Shown: in pieces, positions 9,501 to 19,553 of the stretch
How the letters are laid out: the number at the start of each line of letters is the position of its first letter
How positions within the stretch are numbered: position 1 is the first letter of the stretch
Assembly (NCBI GenBank): GCA_965237675.1
Contig: OZ250150.1
Span: 1,760,001 to 1,824,000, forward strand
Direction of reading: 5' to 3'
DNA length: 64,000 nt
Source: Candidatus Latescibacterota bacterium
GTDB lineage: Bacteria; Latescibacterota; UBA2968; GCA-2709665
Notes under the pieces: model-generated
Databases searched by the model: none
The model's input: the letters and a program-made list of their open reading frames with translations, nothing else
Told to the model about the DNA's origin: nothing
Translations under genes and position numbers: made by a program

Positions 9501-10395
9501 CTACGTTCTGGACGCCGGGGGTGAACCGCGCTGGACGCACGAGTTTCCGCCGGGAAGCGGCATGCGCCCGCAACGTCTGACGACCCTTTCGTCGGCCGAT
9601 CTCGACGGCGACGGCCGGAAGCAGGTGCTGGCCGGCGCAGAGGGTTGGCTTTTCCACGCGTTCGAGGCCGACGGGTCGCTGAAGTGGCAGACCGAGACCC
9701 ACTATCACTGCATCACCGGATGCCTGGCCGTGGACCTGGACGGCGACGGAAAGGACGAGATCCTGGTGGGCACCGAGTATTACACGATCAATTGTCTCAA
9801 TCCCGACGGGACGGCGCGCTGGCGGCAAAGCACGGGCTGTGTCTCACCGACGATTCTCTCGGCCGATCTGGACGGAGACGGGGCGATGGAGGTCGTCTAT
9901 GGAGATTGGAGGGCGGTGAACGCGGCGTCGAGCGGGGAGTTGTTCGGCCAGACCGGCCTGGGCGGCAGGGGCAAGTTTTCGGGGCCGGGGACGTACAGCA
10001 GCAAACCCGGCAGGATGGGGGCCCTCTCATGGCGCGTGAATATGGGTGGGGAGGTGGAGGACATCGCCCTTGCGGACGTGAACGGAGATGGACGGCCGGA
10101 GGTGATCGCGGCCAGCGACGTGGGCCAACTGGCCTGCATCGCGGGGGGTGGCGAGGTCCTGTGGCGCCGGGATCTGGTGGACAAGATCACGTGGCTGACG
10201 GCCGTGCAGGGCAATGGACGGGTGAAAGTCCTGGTGGGTTTCGAAACCGGCGAGATCCGGACTTATGACGCGGACGGCGGCCTGGTCGCCGGGGATCGGG
10301 TCGACGGCGAGGTCACGCACCTCCGGGCGGACGGCGACCGGGTCGTGTGCGCCACCTCAAGGGGGACGGTGACGGCGTTCCGGGCGGTGGGATAA
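6529..10395 (+). CDS. Large putative polysaccharide lyase (alpha-toroid + heparinase-like beta-sandwich) with C-terminal FG-GAP/PQQ-like beta-propeller; paralogue 1 of 5
   Basis: Start ATG 6529 after GAGGTG; 'QNQNHQ', 'FDKLAFRRSF...YLLIDG...SHSQEDGNSI', multiple DxDGDG repeats; homologous to the genes at 48.4-62 kb. Confidence 0.75.
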   Translation: MAETGRRSARRRRQESYDIEIANKEIPTLKDLHLETDLSGDVLVAAPEGRAGEKIGVAIAQALGGGAEVRSASEIGENDWEGAHIVAAGNVFTNGAIRRLGMNFYAWTDEYYPGGDGYEVRTVHNPFGTGRNAVLLGGSTPEGVARAVDQFIKILEAEGPRIGRINRSVSRQNPESAPTDAEARRIIDTVNEQVALSGSQGPLRRMVDHAMLYYLSGQDVWGRIFREEFLHFIDLAHEAGDWCLSQGTHLYFWIYRMLTAWDVMEEGDVLSDGDRLKMTNAIYNIIRWTSELTHFRFKSVDDVVQNQNHQSFAALSLFTGARYFKKYYGLTDFDEKLPLAHRTLELHARSYKPNDNAGTGYVWITPGHLIKYGLMTDDLSYLEDGHLARLLDSAVLTIDSRGDDCSYGDVGAYRAARASRPSGLQTAAVGAWFYNDGRYRWLYDWLEQGQEWKESFRRDRNWGIGGWEVYDGFFFKDVAPVEPSELLGVRASMLDGAAHEFATERARKTGQYHGDPLPESDVPLAEAFDKLAFRRSFDRRSEYLLIDGPTGFSHSQEDGNSIIRLCWNDRIWLADLDYIRRLARYHNTVVIVKDGTCVPKPGQVALRAIGDFENWGYSRTVSPGDNGTDWARSIFWRKGSYFLVIDTVDALEDGDFFLDAIWRVLGQVEADGNALRLEQDGERFHIVNADDSEKSLTDREADFAPDWESNWENYEHADGTVRMWHQKKRLAMNVGEQTTFVNLLYPSNSEMDQEFALERVGPSVAMVRDKRSDEVVLAGAGTFSSGDLEVEAKLFRIDGDGFALVEGTTLSWEGPLFRSWAPVSVEMDLASGVGVVETRTETRIGIRADAVHLNGERISGGGEGKLRWFTLSAGRHDLEVLPRAPGTFDRALRKAPSYREGSVSIGVAPVSRAGLEPAWSFDAGACVTAVASDGSGRTLAGTVNGDVHLLGADGAEAWSFEAGGEVRAVHLADIDGDGAPEAIVGTRDCRLYVLDAGGEPRWTHEFPPGSGMRPQRLTTLSSADLDGDGRKQVLAGAEGWLFHAFEADGSLKWQTETHYHCITGCLAVDLDGDGKDEILVGTEYYTINCLNPDGTARWRQSTGCVSPTILSADLDGDGAMEVVYGDWRAVNAASSGELFGQTGLGGRGKFSGPGTYSSKPGRMGALSWRVNMGGEVEDIALADVNGDGRPEVIAASDVGQLACIAGGGEVLWRRDLVDKITWLTAVQGNGRVKVLVGFETGEIRTYDADGGLVAGDRVDGEVTHLRADGDRVVCATSRGTVTAFRAVG

Positions 10396-10470
10396 GTCCG
10401 GATCGGAAATGCGGACGGTGTAACTGTGTAGTCAATATGGGAATTTCTGAAGAATATCGAGAGAACGTCT

Positions 10471-11334
10471 ATGGCCGGCCTGAGCGCGGATCAGCTTTCC
10501 GCTTATCTTGACGACGGCGTTTTGCTGCTGGAGGATGTGTTGTCACCGGCGGATCTGCAGCCGCTGATCAACGACATCACCGCGGAGATCGATCGAAAGG
10601 CGCGGGAGGCCTTCGCGGATGAAAGGCTTTCCGATCCGTTCGCGGGTGCGCCGTTTGACCGGCGACTGACGCGTATCCGCGACGCGATGGACGATCCGTC
10701 GGCAATCGAGAAGGCCGTGACGGGTAAACGCCTCAAGACGGCCGGGATGTTTTCACTGATCACGCACCCGGCGATCCTGGATATCGTGGAATCGGTCATC
10801 GGGTCGGAGATCCTTGCCCATCCCCAGTTCAATTGCCAGGCGAAGATGCCCAACGAAGCCCGTTCGCAGATCCCGTGGCACCAGGACCTGGGTTTTCTGC
10901 ATCCCGAAGCGGAAGCGACGTTTATGGTGAATTTCTGGATTCCGCTGGTGGACGTAACGGTGGAAAACGGATGCCTGGAGGTGATTCCGGGGAGCCACCG
11001 CGCCGGGTTGATGCCTCACGGAGAACTTACGGATTATCCGAACGAGGGGATCCTCGCGGGGTGGGTTCCCGATGGGCAGCCTGTCGCCTGTCCGGTGCGA
11101 AAGGGCGGTCTGGTGGTGTTCCAGCACAAGACGGCGCACCGGTCCTTTCCCAACCGGACGGACCGCATCCGCTGGAGCCTGGATGTTCGATACTCCGATC
11201 CATCGAAACCCACGGGGCGGGACGAGGTGCCAGGATTCGTCGCGCGCAGCAGGGCGCGTCCTGAGCGGGTCGCGAAAACACACCTGGATTGGTTGCGGCT
11301 GATGGACGGCGTGGACACGTCGCATTATGAGTAG
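10471..11334 (+). CDS. Phytanoyl-CoA dioxygenase (PhyH) family Fe(II)/2OG dioxygenase
   Basis: 'PWHQD', 'ENGCLEVIPGSH', distal His 'AHRS' and Arg 'IRWS'. Confidence 0.9.
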   Translation: MAGLSADQLSAYLDDGVLLLEDVLSPADLQPLINDITAEIDRKAREAFADERLSDPFAGAPFDRRLTRIRDAMDDPSAIEKAVTGKRLKTAGMFSLITHPAILDIVESVIGSEILAHPQFNCQAKMPNEARSQIPWHQDLGFLHPEAEATFMVNFWIPLVDVTVENGCLEVIPGSHRAGLMPHGELTDYPNEGILAGWVPDGQPVACPVRKGGLVVFQHKTAHRSFPNRTDRIRWSLDVRYSDPSKPTGRDEVPGFVARSRARPERVAKTHLDWLRLMDGVDTSHYE

Positions 11335-11418
11335 GTCGGACTGAAGAAGCGCCAGCGTGGACTCCTGGCTCGGAATAAATCGCCGCAGATTGTTTTCCAG
11401 CAACGCAGGTGGGTGCCG

Positions 11419-13239
11419 TTACTCGCCCGCGTGTGCAAGGGCCCTGTCGACCCTTTCCGTCCATGGGTCCGCGACGCGCTCCTCGTATCTCCCGTCGCTG
11501 AAGTAGGCGGCCTTGGGCATATTGCGGTCTTCCAGGATCGCTTGGCGGTGTGACCTCTTGAGACGTGGTCTGAGTTTGCGAAGGCCCGCGGCCTTCTCCC
11601 GGGCCTCCGGCCCTGCGGGCAATGCGCAGATTTCGTCTGAAACGTGCCAGCCGCGGATGAGGGTTGCGGGAAACTGGAACCAGCGGCGGATATACTTGAT
11701 TCTGAGGCGGACGACGGGGTCCCGCGTGGCCTTGTAGGCGCGCGAGAGCATGGCTTCGAGGGCGTTCGCGTCGTCGATGGTGTAACAGTTGACTTGGTCG
11801 TTCAACCCGCGCAGGCCCTGGAACCACCGGCCCTGCCGGGGGCGGCGCCAGATGGATTCGAGAAGGTCGTAAAAGGAGCGGACCTCGCCCGCTGCCCCGC
11901 CGAACAGACGCGTGAAGAATTCTTCAAGGAGCTTTTCCGGGTCCTGGTCGGCGTTCCACCAGAGCTTGGATGCCAGCCAGATCTGCGGCCCGGCGGCGGG
12001 CCAGTGAGGATAGGCTTCGGCATAGAAGCCTTTGACGCCCGCGCTGTGCTGGAACTTGATGTCGTCGGCCATCAGGCGCGGGAAGTAACGCGGTAGCACC
12101 CAGCCCAGGCCATAGTAGTCGTACTTGCAGACGTGGTCGCACTGTTTGAGCCAGGCGAGGATGAATTCACGGTCTTTGTCCCGGTATTCGGAATCCAGGT
12201 GCTGTGCGGTATCCTGCGTGAGGTAAATGGCCGTATTGGGCTCGAGGCGTTCGATGCGTCGGGGCGGCTCCTCCACGTTATGGTAGGCCAGGCATCCCAC
12301 GAATTTTCCGGGATGGGATTCCTGCAGCGCGCGCGCCACGGCGTTGAAGTAGGTGAACCACCGGTCGGAGTAGATCGGGCGGTCCCGGAATTTCAGACCC
12401 GGAACGTCGAGCGCACGGCAGTTGTCGCACAGGCAGAAGTTCCCGTTGTCGTTCATGCCCAGAGAGAAACAGTGTGCCTCGGGGTGTTCGTCGAAATAGG
12501 CTCGTGTTTCCCGGATGGTGATATCAACGACTTCGGGGTTGCTGGTGCACGGTTGACCGAACAGGCCGTTGCTCACAGTGTCGCTCTCGGGGACAAGGCG
12601 CTCCCCGTCGATGAGCGCGTAGTACTCCGGGTTCGTCTTTCCGTATCGGGCGACGGGAAAGATCTGATACAGGGCGTGGTGGAAGCCGGCATAGGGCAGT
12701 TCGTGCCTGCGGCTGGAGACGCGGTTCCGGTGTTCCCAGCGATGACCCTCCAGTCCTGCGATTCCGCTGAAGACGCGGAAGAGGAAGTGGGGAGTTCTCG
12801 TCTCGTTTACCGGCGCGATTTTCAGGGTGGTTCTCATCGGGATGTCTTCGAAGAGTTCCCCGGGCATGAACCAGCGCACGTCGAGGTGGTCTTCCAGCAG
12901 ACCGTAGACGCCGTAGGACGTGCCGCTGTCGCTTCCGCCGAGGATGAAGAGGTCCCTGCCCGCCGTGTGGATGCGGTAGCCCTCCACGCCGGCGTCTCCG
13001 GCATCCAGGTTCAGCGATCGGGCGTACGCGGTGGCGCCGACGTGGATGGCGGTTCTGCCCCAGGGCGCGGGCTTTCCGCCGTCCGTTCCCATCGGGGGCG
13101 CCATACCGGTGATCTTCTCCAGCATGGCTTGCAGGTCCGCGGCGGCGTCGCGAAGGATATCGCCGGCGCCTTCCGGCACGATGATGGCGGTACGGGGCTG
13201 TCCCCTGTCCGCCAGGGTGAGCGTTCTGGATCGAGCCAT
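11419..13239 (-). CDS. DUF4838 domain-containing glycoside-hydrolase-like protein
   Basis: GH67/GH20-like N-terminal 'YGVYGLLEDHLDVRWFMPG', 'NPEYYAL', 'QPCTSNPEV', 'NDNGNFCLCDNC'; AGGAGG RBS. Confidence 0.8.
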   Translation of the reverse strand: MARSRTLTLADRGQPRTAIIVPEGAGDILRDAAADLQAMLEKITGMAPPMGTDGGKPAPWGRTAIHVGATAYARSLNLDAGDAGVEGYRIHTAGRDLFILGGSDSGTSYGVYGLLEDHLDVRWFMPGELFEDIPMRTTLKIAPVNETRTPHFLFRVFSGIAGLEGHRWEHRNRVSSRRHELPYAGFHHALYQIFPVARYGKTNPEYYALIDGERLVPESDTVSNGLFGQPCTSNPEVVDITIRETRAYFDEHPEAHCFSLGMNDNGNFCLCDNCRALDVPGLKFRDRPIYSDRWFTYFNAVARALQESHPGKFVGCLAYHNVEEPPRRIERLEPNTAIYLTQDTAQHLDSEYRDKDREFILAWLKQCDHVCKYDYYGLGWVLPRYFPRLMADDIKFQHSAGVKGFYAEAYPHWPAAGPQIWLASKLWWNADQDPEKLLEEFFTRLFGGAAGEVRSFYDLLESIWRRPRQGRWFQGLRGLNDQVNCYTIDDANALEAMLSRAYKATRDPVVRLRIKYIRRWFQFPATLIRGWHVSDEICALPAGPEAREKAAGLRKLRPRLKRSHRQAILEDRNMPKAAYFSDGRYEERVADPWTERVDRALAHAGE

Positions 13240-13240
13240 A

Positions 13241-14491
13241 TCAGTGTCCCTCCTGAAGAGGTTGAGGATGGCGTTGTTTTTCTTTGGGTAGAAACCGTGC
13301 GGTCAAACGCCGGCTGATCTCCGGATAGATGGCGATGAAGTGGTCCCGCATGGTCGGAAACTGAAACGCCTCGGCGGTTTCAAACCCGGTTTCAATGTCC
13401 TGTTTCCGGGGCATGTGGCAGTCGATGCAGTTGGTCAGGATCGAGTCCCCGAGTTCAGCTGCCATACCGCAGGTGTGGGCCGTGTGACAGGCGGCACACC
13501 GCCCGGAGAACAGGGCAAGGTCTCCGCGCTCCAGGACGTGCGGGTTGTGGCAGGTGATGCAGGTCATCGTTGAGCTCTGCTGGAAGCATTTCGATTTGGT
13601 GAGTCGCGGTAGCTGGTTGGTGCTGTGTACGCCGATTCTGTTCTGTTCTTCGGGGGCGTCCATTTCCAGGTAATCGTTAAGGGGGGCGCCCGGTCGGAAG
13701 GAAAAAGGCCGCTGGCGCGGGCCCCCCACGCCGGAGTGGCATTGGGCGCACAGGTCGATCAATCGCGGCGGTTCGAGCCGGCCGGGGTGGAGGATGTAGG
13801 GCAGGTCGCTCGCATCGGGATGGCCGCGTTGATAGGCCGCGTGTTCGGCGCCGGGTCCGTGACACCGCTCGCAGGAGATGCCAAGCACGAAACGATCCCT
13901 GTTGTATGCGTTACTGGAATAGGATTCCGATTCGAAATAGGTTGCGTGGCACTCCAGGCATCGGGGGACGACACCACGGGAGAAGTTCACCTCGCCGTCG
14001 GGATAGCCCGGGCTGTTGATCCACCGTTGCTGCTGCGTGAAGTAGGAGATGGGCAACTGATAGAGGCGGTCGCCCTGCCAGAAGAGGTAGGTCTGGCCGA
14101 TTTTTCCGGAGCCGGTGACAATGTCGATGCGCTCGGTCCGGCGGTAGCTGCCATCCCCCTTTCCAATGATGGCGGTCTGATAGTATCCATCTTCTCCGGC
14201 GGTGATTTCGAAACGGAGATTGGGGTTCCGGGTTCGGACCGTGGCGTGGTCCGGAGAGAAGCTGCCCAGAATCGTTTTGGCATCGGGCAGGCGGGAGGTG
14301 AGATGGTGGGCTGTGCGCCGGAACTCCTCGAACCTGTCCCGGTGACACTCCGCGCAGGCCTGGGCGCCGATGTAGCCCGATGAACGGGTTTCGCCGTTCG
14401 CGTCCCCGTCGCCCGCGCCGATTCGAGCCGCCGCGGGCAACAGGAACATCGGAATGGCGAGTACGGTTAGCCTGGAGCAGAATCTTGTCAT
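13241..14491 (-). CDS. Exported multiheme c-type cytochrome (c554-like, 7 CxxCH motifs)
   Basis: Signal peptide; CAECH, CLECH, CERCH, CAQCH, CITCH, CAACH, CIDCH; 'CERCHGPG'. Confidence 0.85.
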   Translation of the reverse strand: MTRFCSRLTVLAIPMFLLPAAARIGAGDGDANGETRSSGYIGAQACAECHRDRFEEFRRTAHHLTSRLPDAKTILGSFSPDHATVRTRNPNLRFEITAGEDGYYQTAIIGKGDGSYRRTERIDIVTGSGKIGQTYLFWQGDRLYQLPISYFTQQQRWINSPGYPDGEVNFSRGVVPRCLECHATYFESESYSSNAYNRDRFVLGISCERCHGPGAEHAAYQRGHPDASDLPYILHPGRLEPPRLIDLCAQCHSGVGGPRQRPFSFRPGAPLNDYLEMDAPEEQNRIGVHSTNQLPRLTKSKCFQQSSTMTCITCHNPHVLERGDLALFSGRCAACHTAHTCGMAAELGDSILTNCIDCHMPRKQDIETGFETAEAFQFPTMRDHFIAIYPEISRRLTARFLPKEKQRHPQPLQEGH

Positions 14492-14587
14492 AGCCGTCTC
14501 GATTTCCGCCTGACAGATGGCCCGGCAACAACGAAATTATGCGTGCGGAACCGCCGGATGTCAAACGAAAACTCGAAAGGCAGCGTG

Positions 14588-15610
14588 ATGGCGAAAAAGC
14601 GGATCGCGATTGTGGGAGCGGGGAACATGGCCCGGACACGCGGAAGGGCGTTTCTGGATACCGGCCGGGCGGAAATCTGCGCGGTGGCTTCGCGGCGTCG
14701 GGAGCGCGCTGAAATCTGCGCGAGTGAGTTGGGTTGCGCCGTTTTTGACGATGATTTCCGGAAGCTGGCCGATACCCGCCCGGACGCGTTTCTGATCGAG
14801 GTGCCCCATCGGGTTCAGGATGAGGTGACCCTTTGGGCGCTGAATGCAGGCTACGACCTTCTCGTCGGCGGTTGTCTCGCCTCGTCTCTGAAGAATGGGA
14901 AACGGATTGTGGAGATGGCGAACCGGTCTGGGCGGATCGTGGAGGCCGGGTTTCAACGCCGTTACGACCCGGCCTGGGAGGAGATCCGGCGCCTGGTGGC
15001 GGGAGGCGAACTTGGAGCGCCGGTGATGGCCGTGACCATGGCCCTGTGGAACCCGGACGCCGACGGCTGGTACTACGACCAGGAGGCCAGCGGCGGCATG
15101 CCGCTGACCCACATGAGCTACTGCTATCTCAATGCCGTCCGCTGGATTCTCGGCAGGCCGACCACCGTGTCCGCGATGGCCAACCGGAAGCGGAATACGG
15201 CTCCCGGTCACGTTACGGAGGAGACATGCGGAGTGCTGATCGGATTTGACAACGGCGCGTTCGCTTCGGCCACGGCCAGCTATATCGGCCCGGAGGGCAT
15301 GCCCGACCCACAGCCGCGATTTGTCTGTACCGAGGGCGGAATCCTGCCCAATGCCGACAGTCCGCCAGGCAAGGATTCCATCACTGTTTATAGGGAGGAC
15401 CGCTCGGAGGTGCGCGTTTTTGAGGCAGAGCCTTCCTCTACCGTAAGGCAGGCAGACGCCTTTCTGGATGCGATAGACGGGCGCCGCGAAGCCAGTAATC
15501 CTCCCGAGGATGCCCTGCTGGACGTCGAGATTGCCGAAGCCGTTTCCATCTCGGCCAGGGAACACCGAACGGTCTCGCTGGCCGAGATTCGATCGGGAGG
15601 ATCGGTATGA
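14588..15610 (+). CDS. Gfo/Idh/MocA family oxidoreductase
   Basis: 'RIAIVGAGNMA', 'GFQRRYDP', 'SGG'; start placed at ATG 14588. Confidence 0.85.
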   Translation: MAKKRIAIVGAGNMARTRGRAFLDTGRAEICAVASRRRERAEICASELGCAVFDDDFRKLADTRPDAFLIEVPHRVQDEVTLWALNAGYDLLVGGCLASSLKNGKRIVEMANRSGRIVEAGFQRRYDPAWEEIRRLVAGGELGAPVMAVTMALWNPDADGWYYDQEASGGMPLTHMSYCYLNAVRWILGRPTTVSAMANRKRNTAPGHVTEETCGVLIGFDNGAFASATASYIGPEGMPDPQPRFVCTEGGILPNADSPPGKDSITVYREDRSEVRVFEAEPSSTVRQADAFLDAIDGRREASNPPEDALLDVEIAEAVSISAREHRTVSLAEIRSGGSV

Positions 15611-16449
15611 CAGTGGTGGAGTTGTGGCCGGGCCCGGTTCCCGGAGACGTTGGCATAGACGGTCAGGAGAAAAGCCGCATACACGACTCCAGGTTTGTGG
15701 GGAACACGCTGCTGATCACCAACGTCACCCGACCTTCCATGGCGGTACACCTCCCTCCGGCGGAGAAGAACACGGGCACTGCCATGCTCATCTGCCCGGG
15801 AGGAGGGTACTGGGATCTCTTTTGGGATCTGGAAGGTGAGGAGGTTGCGGCTTGGCTGAATTCCCAGGGCGTAGCTGGAATCATTCTGAAATACAGGGTT
15901 CCGCGCCGTCCGGGCGATGTGAAAGGGGTTCCCCCGGCAGGCCCTCTGTCGGACGCCCAGCGTGCGGTCAGTATGGTGCGCAGCCATGCGAGCGAGTGGC
16001 GTATTGATCCCAATCGTATCGGTATGGTAGGGTTCTCCGCGGGGGGCCACCTGTCGCTGGCGACCGCCACCGGTTACCAGGACCGAAGCTACCAGCCAAT
16101 TGATGCAATCGATGCCGTGAGTTGCCGGCCGGACTTTGCCGTGCTATGTTACTCGGGGTACCTGAAGGATACGGCCCGCGATAGAGTTTCGGAAGGGATT
16201 CACATTCCGGCCGATACGCCTCCTGTGTTTCTTGCCCACGCCAGCGACGACAGCGAATCCGACGTCGAGCACAGCGTGATCATGTACCTGGCGCTGCACC
16301 GAGCCGGGGTTCCGACAGAATTGCATGTCTACGCAACCGGCGAGCACGATTTCGGTGTACGCCACAACGGCGAGCTGCCTTCCAGTTGGCCGCAGCTATG
16401 CCTCAAGTGGCAGCGCAGCATGGGTCTGCTCTCTGCACCACCAGGTTGA
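15607..16449 (+). CDS. Alpha/beta hydrolase (carbohydrate esterase-like)
   Basis: 'ICPGGGY' oxyanion loop, 'GFSAGG' nucleophile, 'DDS' Asp and 'GEHDFG' His; ATGA overlap with the upstream gene. Confidence 0.9.
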   Translation: MTVVELWPGPVPGDVGIDGQEKSRIHDSRFVGNTLLITNVTRPSMAVHLPPAEKNTGTAMLICPGGGYWDLFWDLEGEEVAAWLNSQGVAGIILKYRVPRRPGDVKGVPPAGPLSDAQRAVSMVRSHASEWRIDPNRIGMVGFSAGGHLSLATATGYQDRSYQPIDAIDAVSCRPDFAVLCYSGYLKDTARDRVSEGIHIPADTPPVFLAHASDDSESDVEHSVIMYLALHRAGVPTELHVYATGEHDFGVRHNGELPSSWPQLCLKWQRSMGLLSAPPG

Positions 16450-16539
16450 CTGACATCTGGTGTTCTGTCCTGGAAATAGATTGCCGAAATTCGGCCGCCG
16501 AGTCGCCCGGCGGGCGAGGCGCGTGCGACCTTAGCCGCT

Positions 16540-16625
16540 CCCTGAGCTTGTCGAAGGGTCGGCGAAGGTCGTTGAAGAGCGCCAAACAGGTTACGAAACG
16601 CGGGCATTTCGACAAGCTCAATGAC
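16540..16625. repeat. REP-like inverted repeat pair (second family)
   Basis: TGAGCTTGTCGAA (16543-16555) and its reverse complement TTCGACAAGCTCA (16608-16620); degenerate third copy near 16676. Confidence 0.6.
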
Positions 16626-16712
16626 CTCGTTTCTACAAGCTGTATCGATAAGTGCAGCGCAAACAGCGCATGCACTTCAACAGGCTCATTGAAGACAACG
16701 CGTCGAGACGGG

Positions 16713-19553
16713 ATGAATAGGCGGATGAATGGTAACCATCGAATGTTGAGAGCGTTGCACCGTTTGATCGTCGCAACGCTCTTCTTTTCCGTCTCAACAT
16801 ACGCCGAGGAGACCCACGTCATGAAAACCGGAGAGGGTACCAGTGATCCCACACCGTCCAGGACTTTTGCCGTTAGCGGAACGATCGTCATGCAGGCGGA
16901 GGCCGCCGGGATTGACCCCGGTCGGGCAGAGGTCGTAGCGCAGAGCTCGTTCACCGGTGGGAAAGGCGTCTCGCTCAAGGCTGGTCTGGCCGCCAACGTG
17001 GGGTCGCCCGCCACCGAACCGGATTTGGTTTTCAAGGTGCAGGCCTCCAGGGCCGGGCGGTACGTGATTCGCACGCACGCGGCCACGGACGCCAGGGGCA
17101 GCGAGGCGATGCGCGAGGCCGGGAGCAAGCATGATTCGCCGCACCTGATGATCGCTGTCGGCGATGGCCGCCCCACCAAACGCGTGGTGTTCGTGCCGTG
17201 GAGCCGTTCGGAGAGCTGCACGCAGATGACGGGCAAGTTCGATCTCAACGGACAGGAGCAGGAGATCCGGATCTGGCTGCCGGAGAGCGTGCGCCTCGAT
17301 TACCTCGAAGTCAGCCCGTACACGCCTCCGGAAGTCACGGCGGCCGTGACCGGCTACCGGCCGACGGTCGTTCCGCCGGCATCCCGCCCGCGCATCTGGG
17401 TGAATGAGGAGTCGCTGCCGAAGGTTCGGGCGAACCTCACGGAAGGTGAAAACGCGCCGCTTTGGGCCCAGGTCAGGGAAATGGCGGCCGAACCATTCGC
17501 ATTTAAAGTTGAACCGGGTACGGAAGTCAGCTATAACCCCGGACTCGAGAAAGCGGCCGTAGCCAGGGCTTTCGTTTACCTGATGAATGGCGAAAAGACG
17601 CGCGGCCGGGAAGCGGTGGCGCTGATCCGCGACTATCTCGCCGCAGTCGAATTCGGAAACCTGCTCGATATTACCCGGGAAATCGGCCGGGCCATCTACT
17701 CGGCCGCACAGGTTTACGACTGGTGCTACGAACTGATGACACCCGACGACCGGGACAGCATCCGCGGCGATCTCATGCGCCTCGCCGACGACATGGAAAT
17801 CGGCTGGCCGCCGTTCAAGCAGATGATCGTCAACGGTCACGGAAACGAGGCGCAGGTCAACCGCGATCTGCTCTGCCTGGCCATCGCTGTCTACGACGAG
17901 GATCCGGTGCCGTATCGCTACTGCTCCTACCGCATCCTGGAAGAGCTGGTGCCGATGCGCCGGTTCGAATACCAATCCCCGCGCCACAACCAGGGCGTCA
18001 GTTACGGCCCGTACCGGTTCGGCTGGGATATGCACGCCGCCTGGCTCTTATACCGCATGACCGGCAAGCGGGTCTTCGATGACAACATCGCGGATGTCTG
18101 CAAGTTCTGGCTTTACATGCGCCTGCCCAACGAAGAGACCCTGCGGGACGGCGACGGATTTTCCGACGGCAGTCCCGCAAGTCTCGGAGCTACCGCACTG
18201 CTCAGCTACGCCTACAGCAACGATCCGGTCATCAAGCGCGACTTCGAGCGGCAGGGCGGGCTGCCCTTCGACCCGATCCTGGTGCTGCTGCTGAACGACC
18301 CGGACCTGGAGGCGGCGAAGAATTTCGATTCATTGCCGCTCACCCTCGATTTTGGCCCGGTCCTCGGTTCAATGGTTGCCCGAACCGGCTGGAACATGGG
18401 CCCGGGTGCGTCCGACGTGGTGGTGGAAATGAAGGGCGGGGGGTATCACTTTGGCAATCACCAGCACTCTGACGCGGGCAGTTTCCAGATCTACTACGGT
18501 GGGCTGCAGGCGGCTGACCTCGGGCAGTACCATTTCTATGGAACGCCCTACGATTTCAACTTCTGCAAGCGTTCGATCTCGCACAGCATGATGCTCGCGG
18601 TCGATCCTGACGAGGAGTTCCGTCGCAACGCTTCCAACGACGGAGGCACCCGCTTCATTCAATCCTGCCCCACCACACCGGAACAGGCACGTACGGATCC
18701 AACATTCGCCAACGGGGCCGTCCTGTCAGCCGACTTCGGCCCGTCTCCACAGCGGCCGTTCTACAGCTACTTCTCGGTCAACCTGACATCGGCTTACAGC
18801 AAGAAGATCGTGGACTACATCCGGACCTTCTGCTTCCTCAACCTCGACAACGCCCGGACCCCGGCGGTGCTGATCGTGCTGGACAACATGACCACCGCCA
18901 GACCGGAGTTCAGGAAATACTGGCAGGTCAATACCCTCAGCCCGCCTGAAACCACGGCCGACGGCGTCATCCTGAGAAACAGCAACTTTGACGTCACCGG
19001 CAAGGTCGCTCTCCGAATGCTACGGCCGAAGGCGGGTGAGCGGAACCTGCAGGTCCTGAGCGGCAAGGACGCCAACAGCGTGTTCGGGCAGTTCTTCACA
19101 CCTCCAAAACCCGACCGACCGGAAGCGGAGGGCCATCGCGTATTGTTCTCGCCCGCCAAAGAGCAGCGCAACGATGTGTTTCTGACGGTCATGTCGATGT
19201 CTGACGACCAGGGGCCGGATCTGCCGGTTGATCTTGCGGAACTCCCTGAGGCCTTCGTTGTCACGCTGGCCGATCGGGTGGTGGTCTTGAGCAAGACCGG
19301 CAAACTGCTCAAGCAGACGCTGCAGGTGGACGTCGAGGCCGTTGAAAGCTGCCAGTTGCTGCTGGCCGGTCTGGCTCCGGGCGCATGGAGTATCCGCGAC
19401 CGGGTCGGCAAGGTCCGGTTCAACACCCGTGTCGACGCCAACCGGAACACCGCGTTTTTCGTGGTTCCCGGCGGGGAATACACGGTTCGGCCCGAAGCCA
19501 TCCCTGGCGCGACCGACTTCCGGGCCGCACCGGACTTCATGCCCGCCCTCTGA
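16713..19553 (+). CDS. hepB: Heparin/heparan-sulfate lyase, heparinase II (PL21)-like, with extra N-terminal beta-sandwich
   Basis: 'NGHGNEAQVNRDLL', 'HNQGVSYGPYRF', 'NHQHSDAGSFQIYY', 'NFCKRSISHS' match the heparinase II His/Tyr/His regions; signal peptide. Start 16713 or 16743. Confidence 0.75.
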   Translation: MNRRMNGNHRMLRALHRLIVATLFFSVSTYAEETHVMKTGEGTSDPTPSRTFAVSGTIVMQAEAAGIDPGRAEVVAQSSFTGGKGVSLKAGLAANVGSPATEPDLVFKVQASRAGRYVIRTHAATDARGSEAMREAGSKHDSPHLMIAVGDGRPTKRVVFVPWSRSESCTQMTGKFDLNGQEQEIRIWLPESVRLDYLEVSPYTPPEVTAAVTGYRPTVVPPASRPRIWVNEESLPKVRANLTEGENAPLWAQVREMAAEPFAFKVEPGTEVSYNPGLEKAAVARAFVYLMNGEKTRGREAVALIRDYLAAVEFGNLLDITREIGRAIYSAAQVYDWCYELMTPDDRDSIRGDLMRLADDMEIGWPPFKQMIVNGHGNEAQVNRDLLCLAIAVYDEDPVPYRYCSYRILEELVPMRRFEYQSPRHNQGVSYGPYRFGWDMHAAWLLYRMTGKRVFDDNIADVCKFWLYMRLPNEETLRDGDGFSDGSPASLGATALLSYAYSNDPVIKRDFERQGGLPFDPILVLLLNDPDLEAAKNFDSLPLTLDFGPVLGSMVARTGWNMGPGASDVVVEMKGGGYHFGNHQHSDAGSFQIYYGGLQAADLGQYHFYGTPYDFNFCKRSISHSMMLAVDPDEEFRRNASNDGGTRFIQSCPTTPEQARTDPTFANGAVLSADFGPSPQRPFYSYFSVNLTSAYSKKIVDYIRTFCFLNLDNARTPAVLIVLDNMTTARPEFRKYWQVNTLSPPETTADGVILRNSNFDVTGKVALRMLRPKAGERNLQVLSGKDANSVFGQFFTPPKPDRPEAEGHRVLFSPAKEQRNDVFLTVMSMSDDQGPDLPVDLAELPEAFVVTLADRVVVLSKTGKLLKQTLQVDVEAVESCQLLLAGLAPGAWSIRDRVGKVRFNTRVDANRNTAFFVVPGGEYTVRPEAIPGATDFRAAPDFMPAL

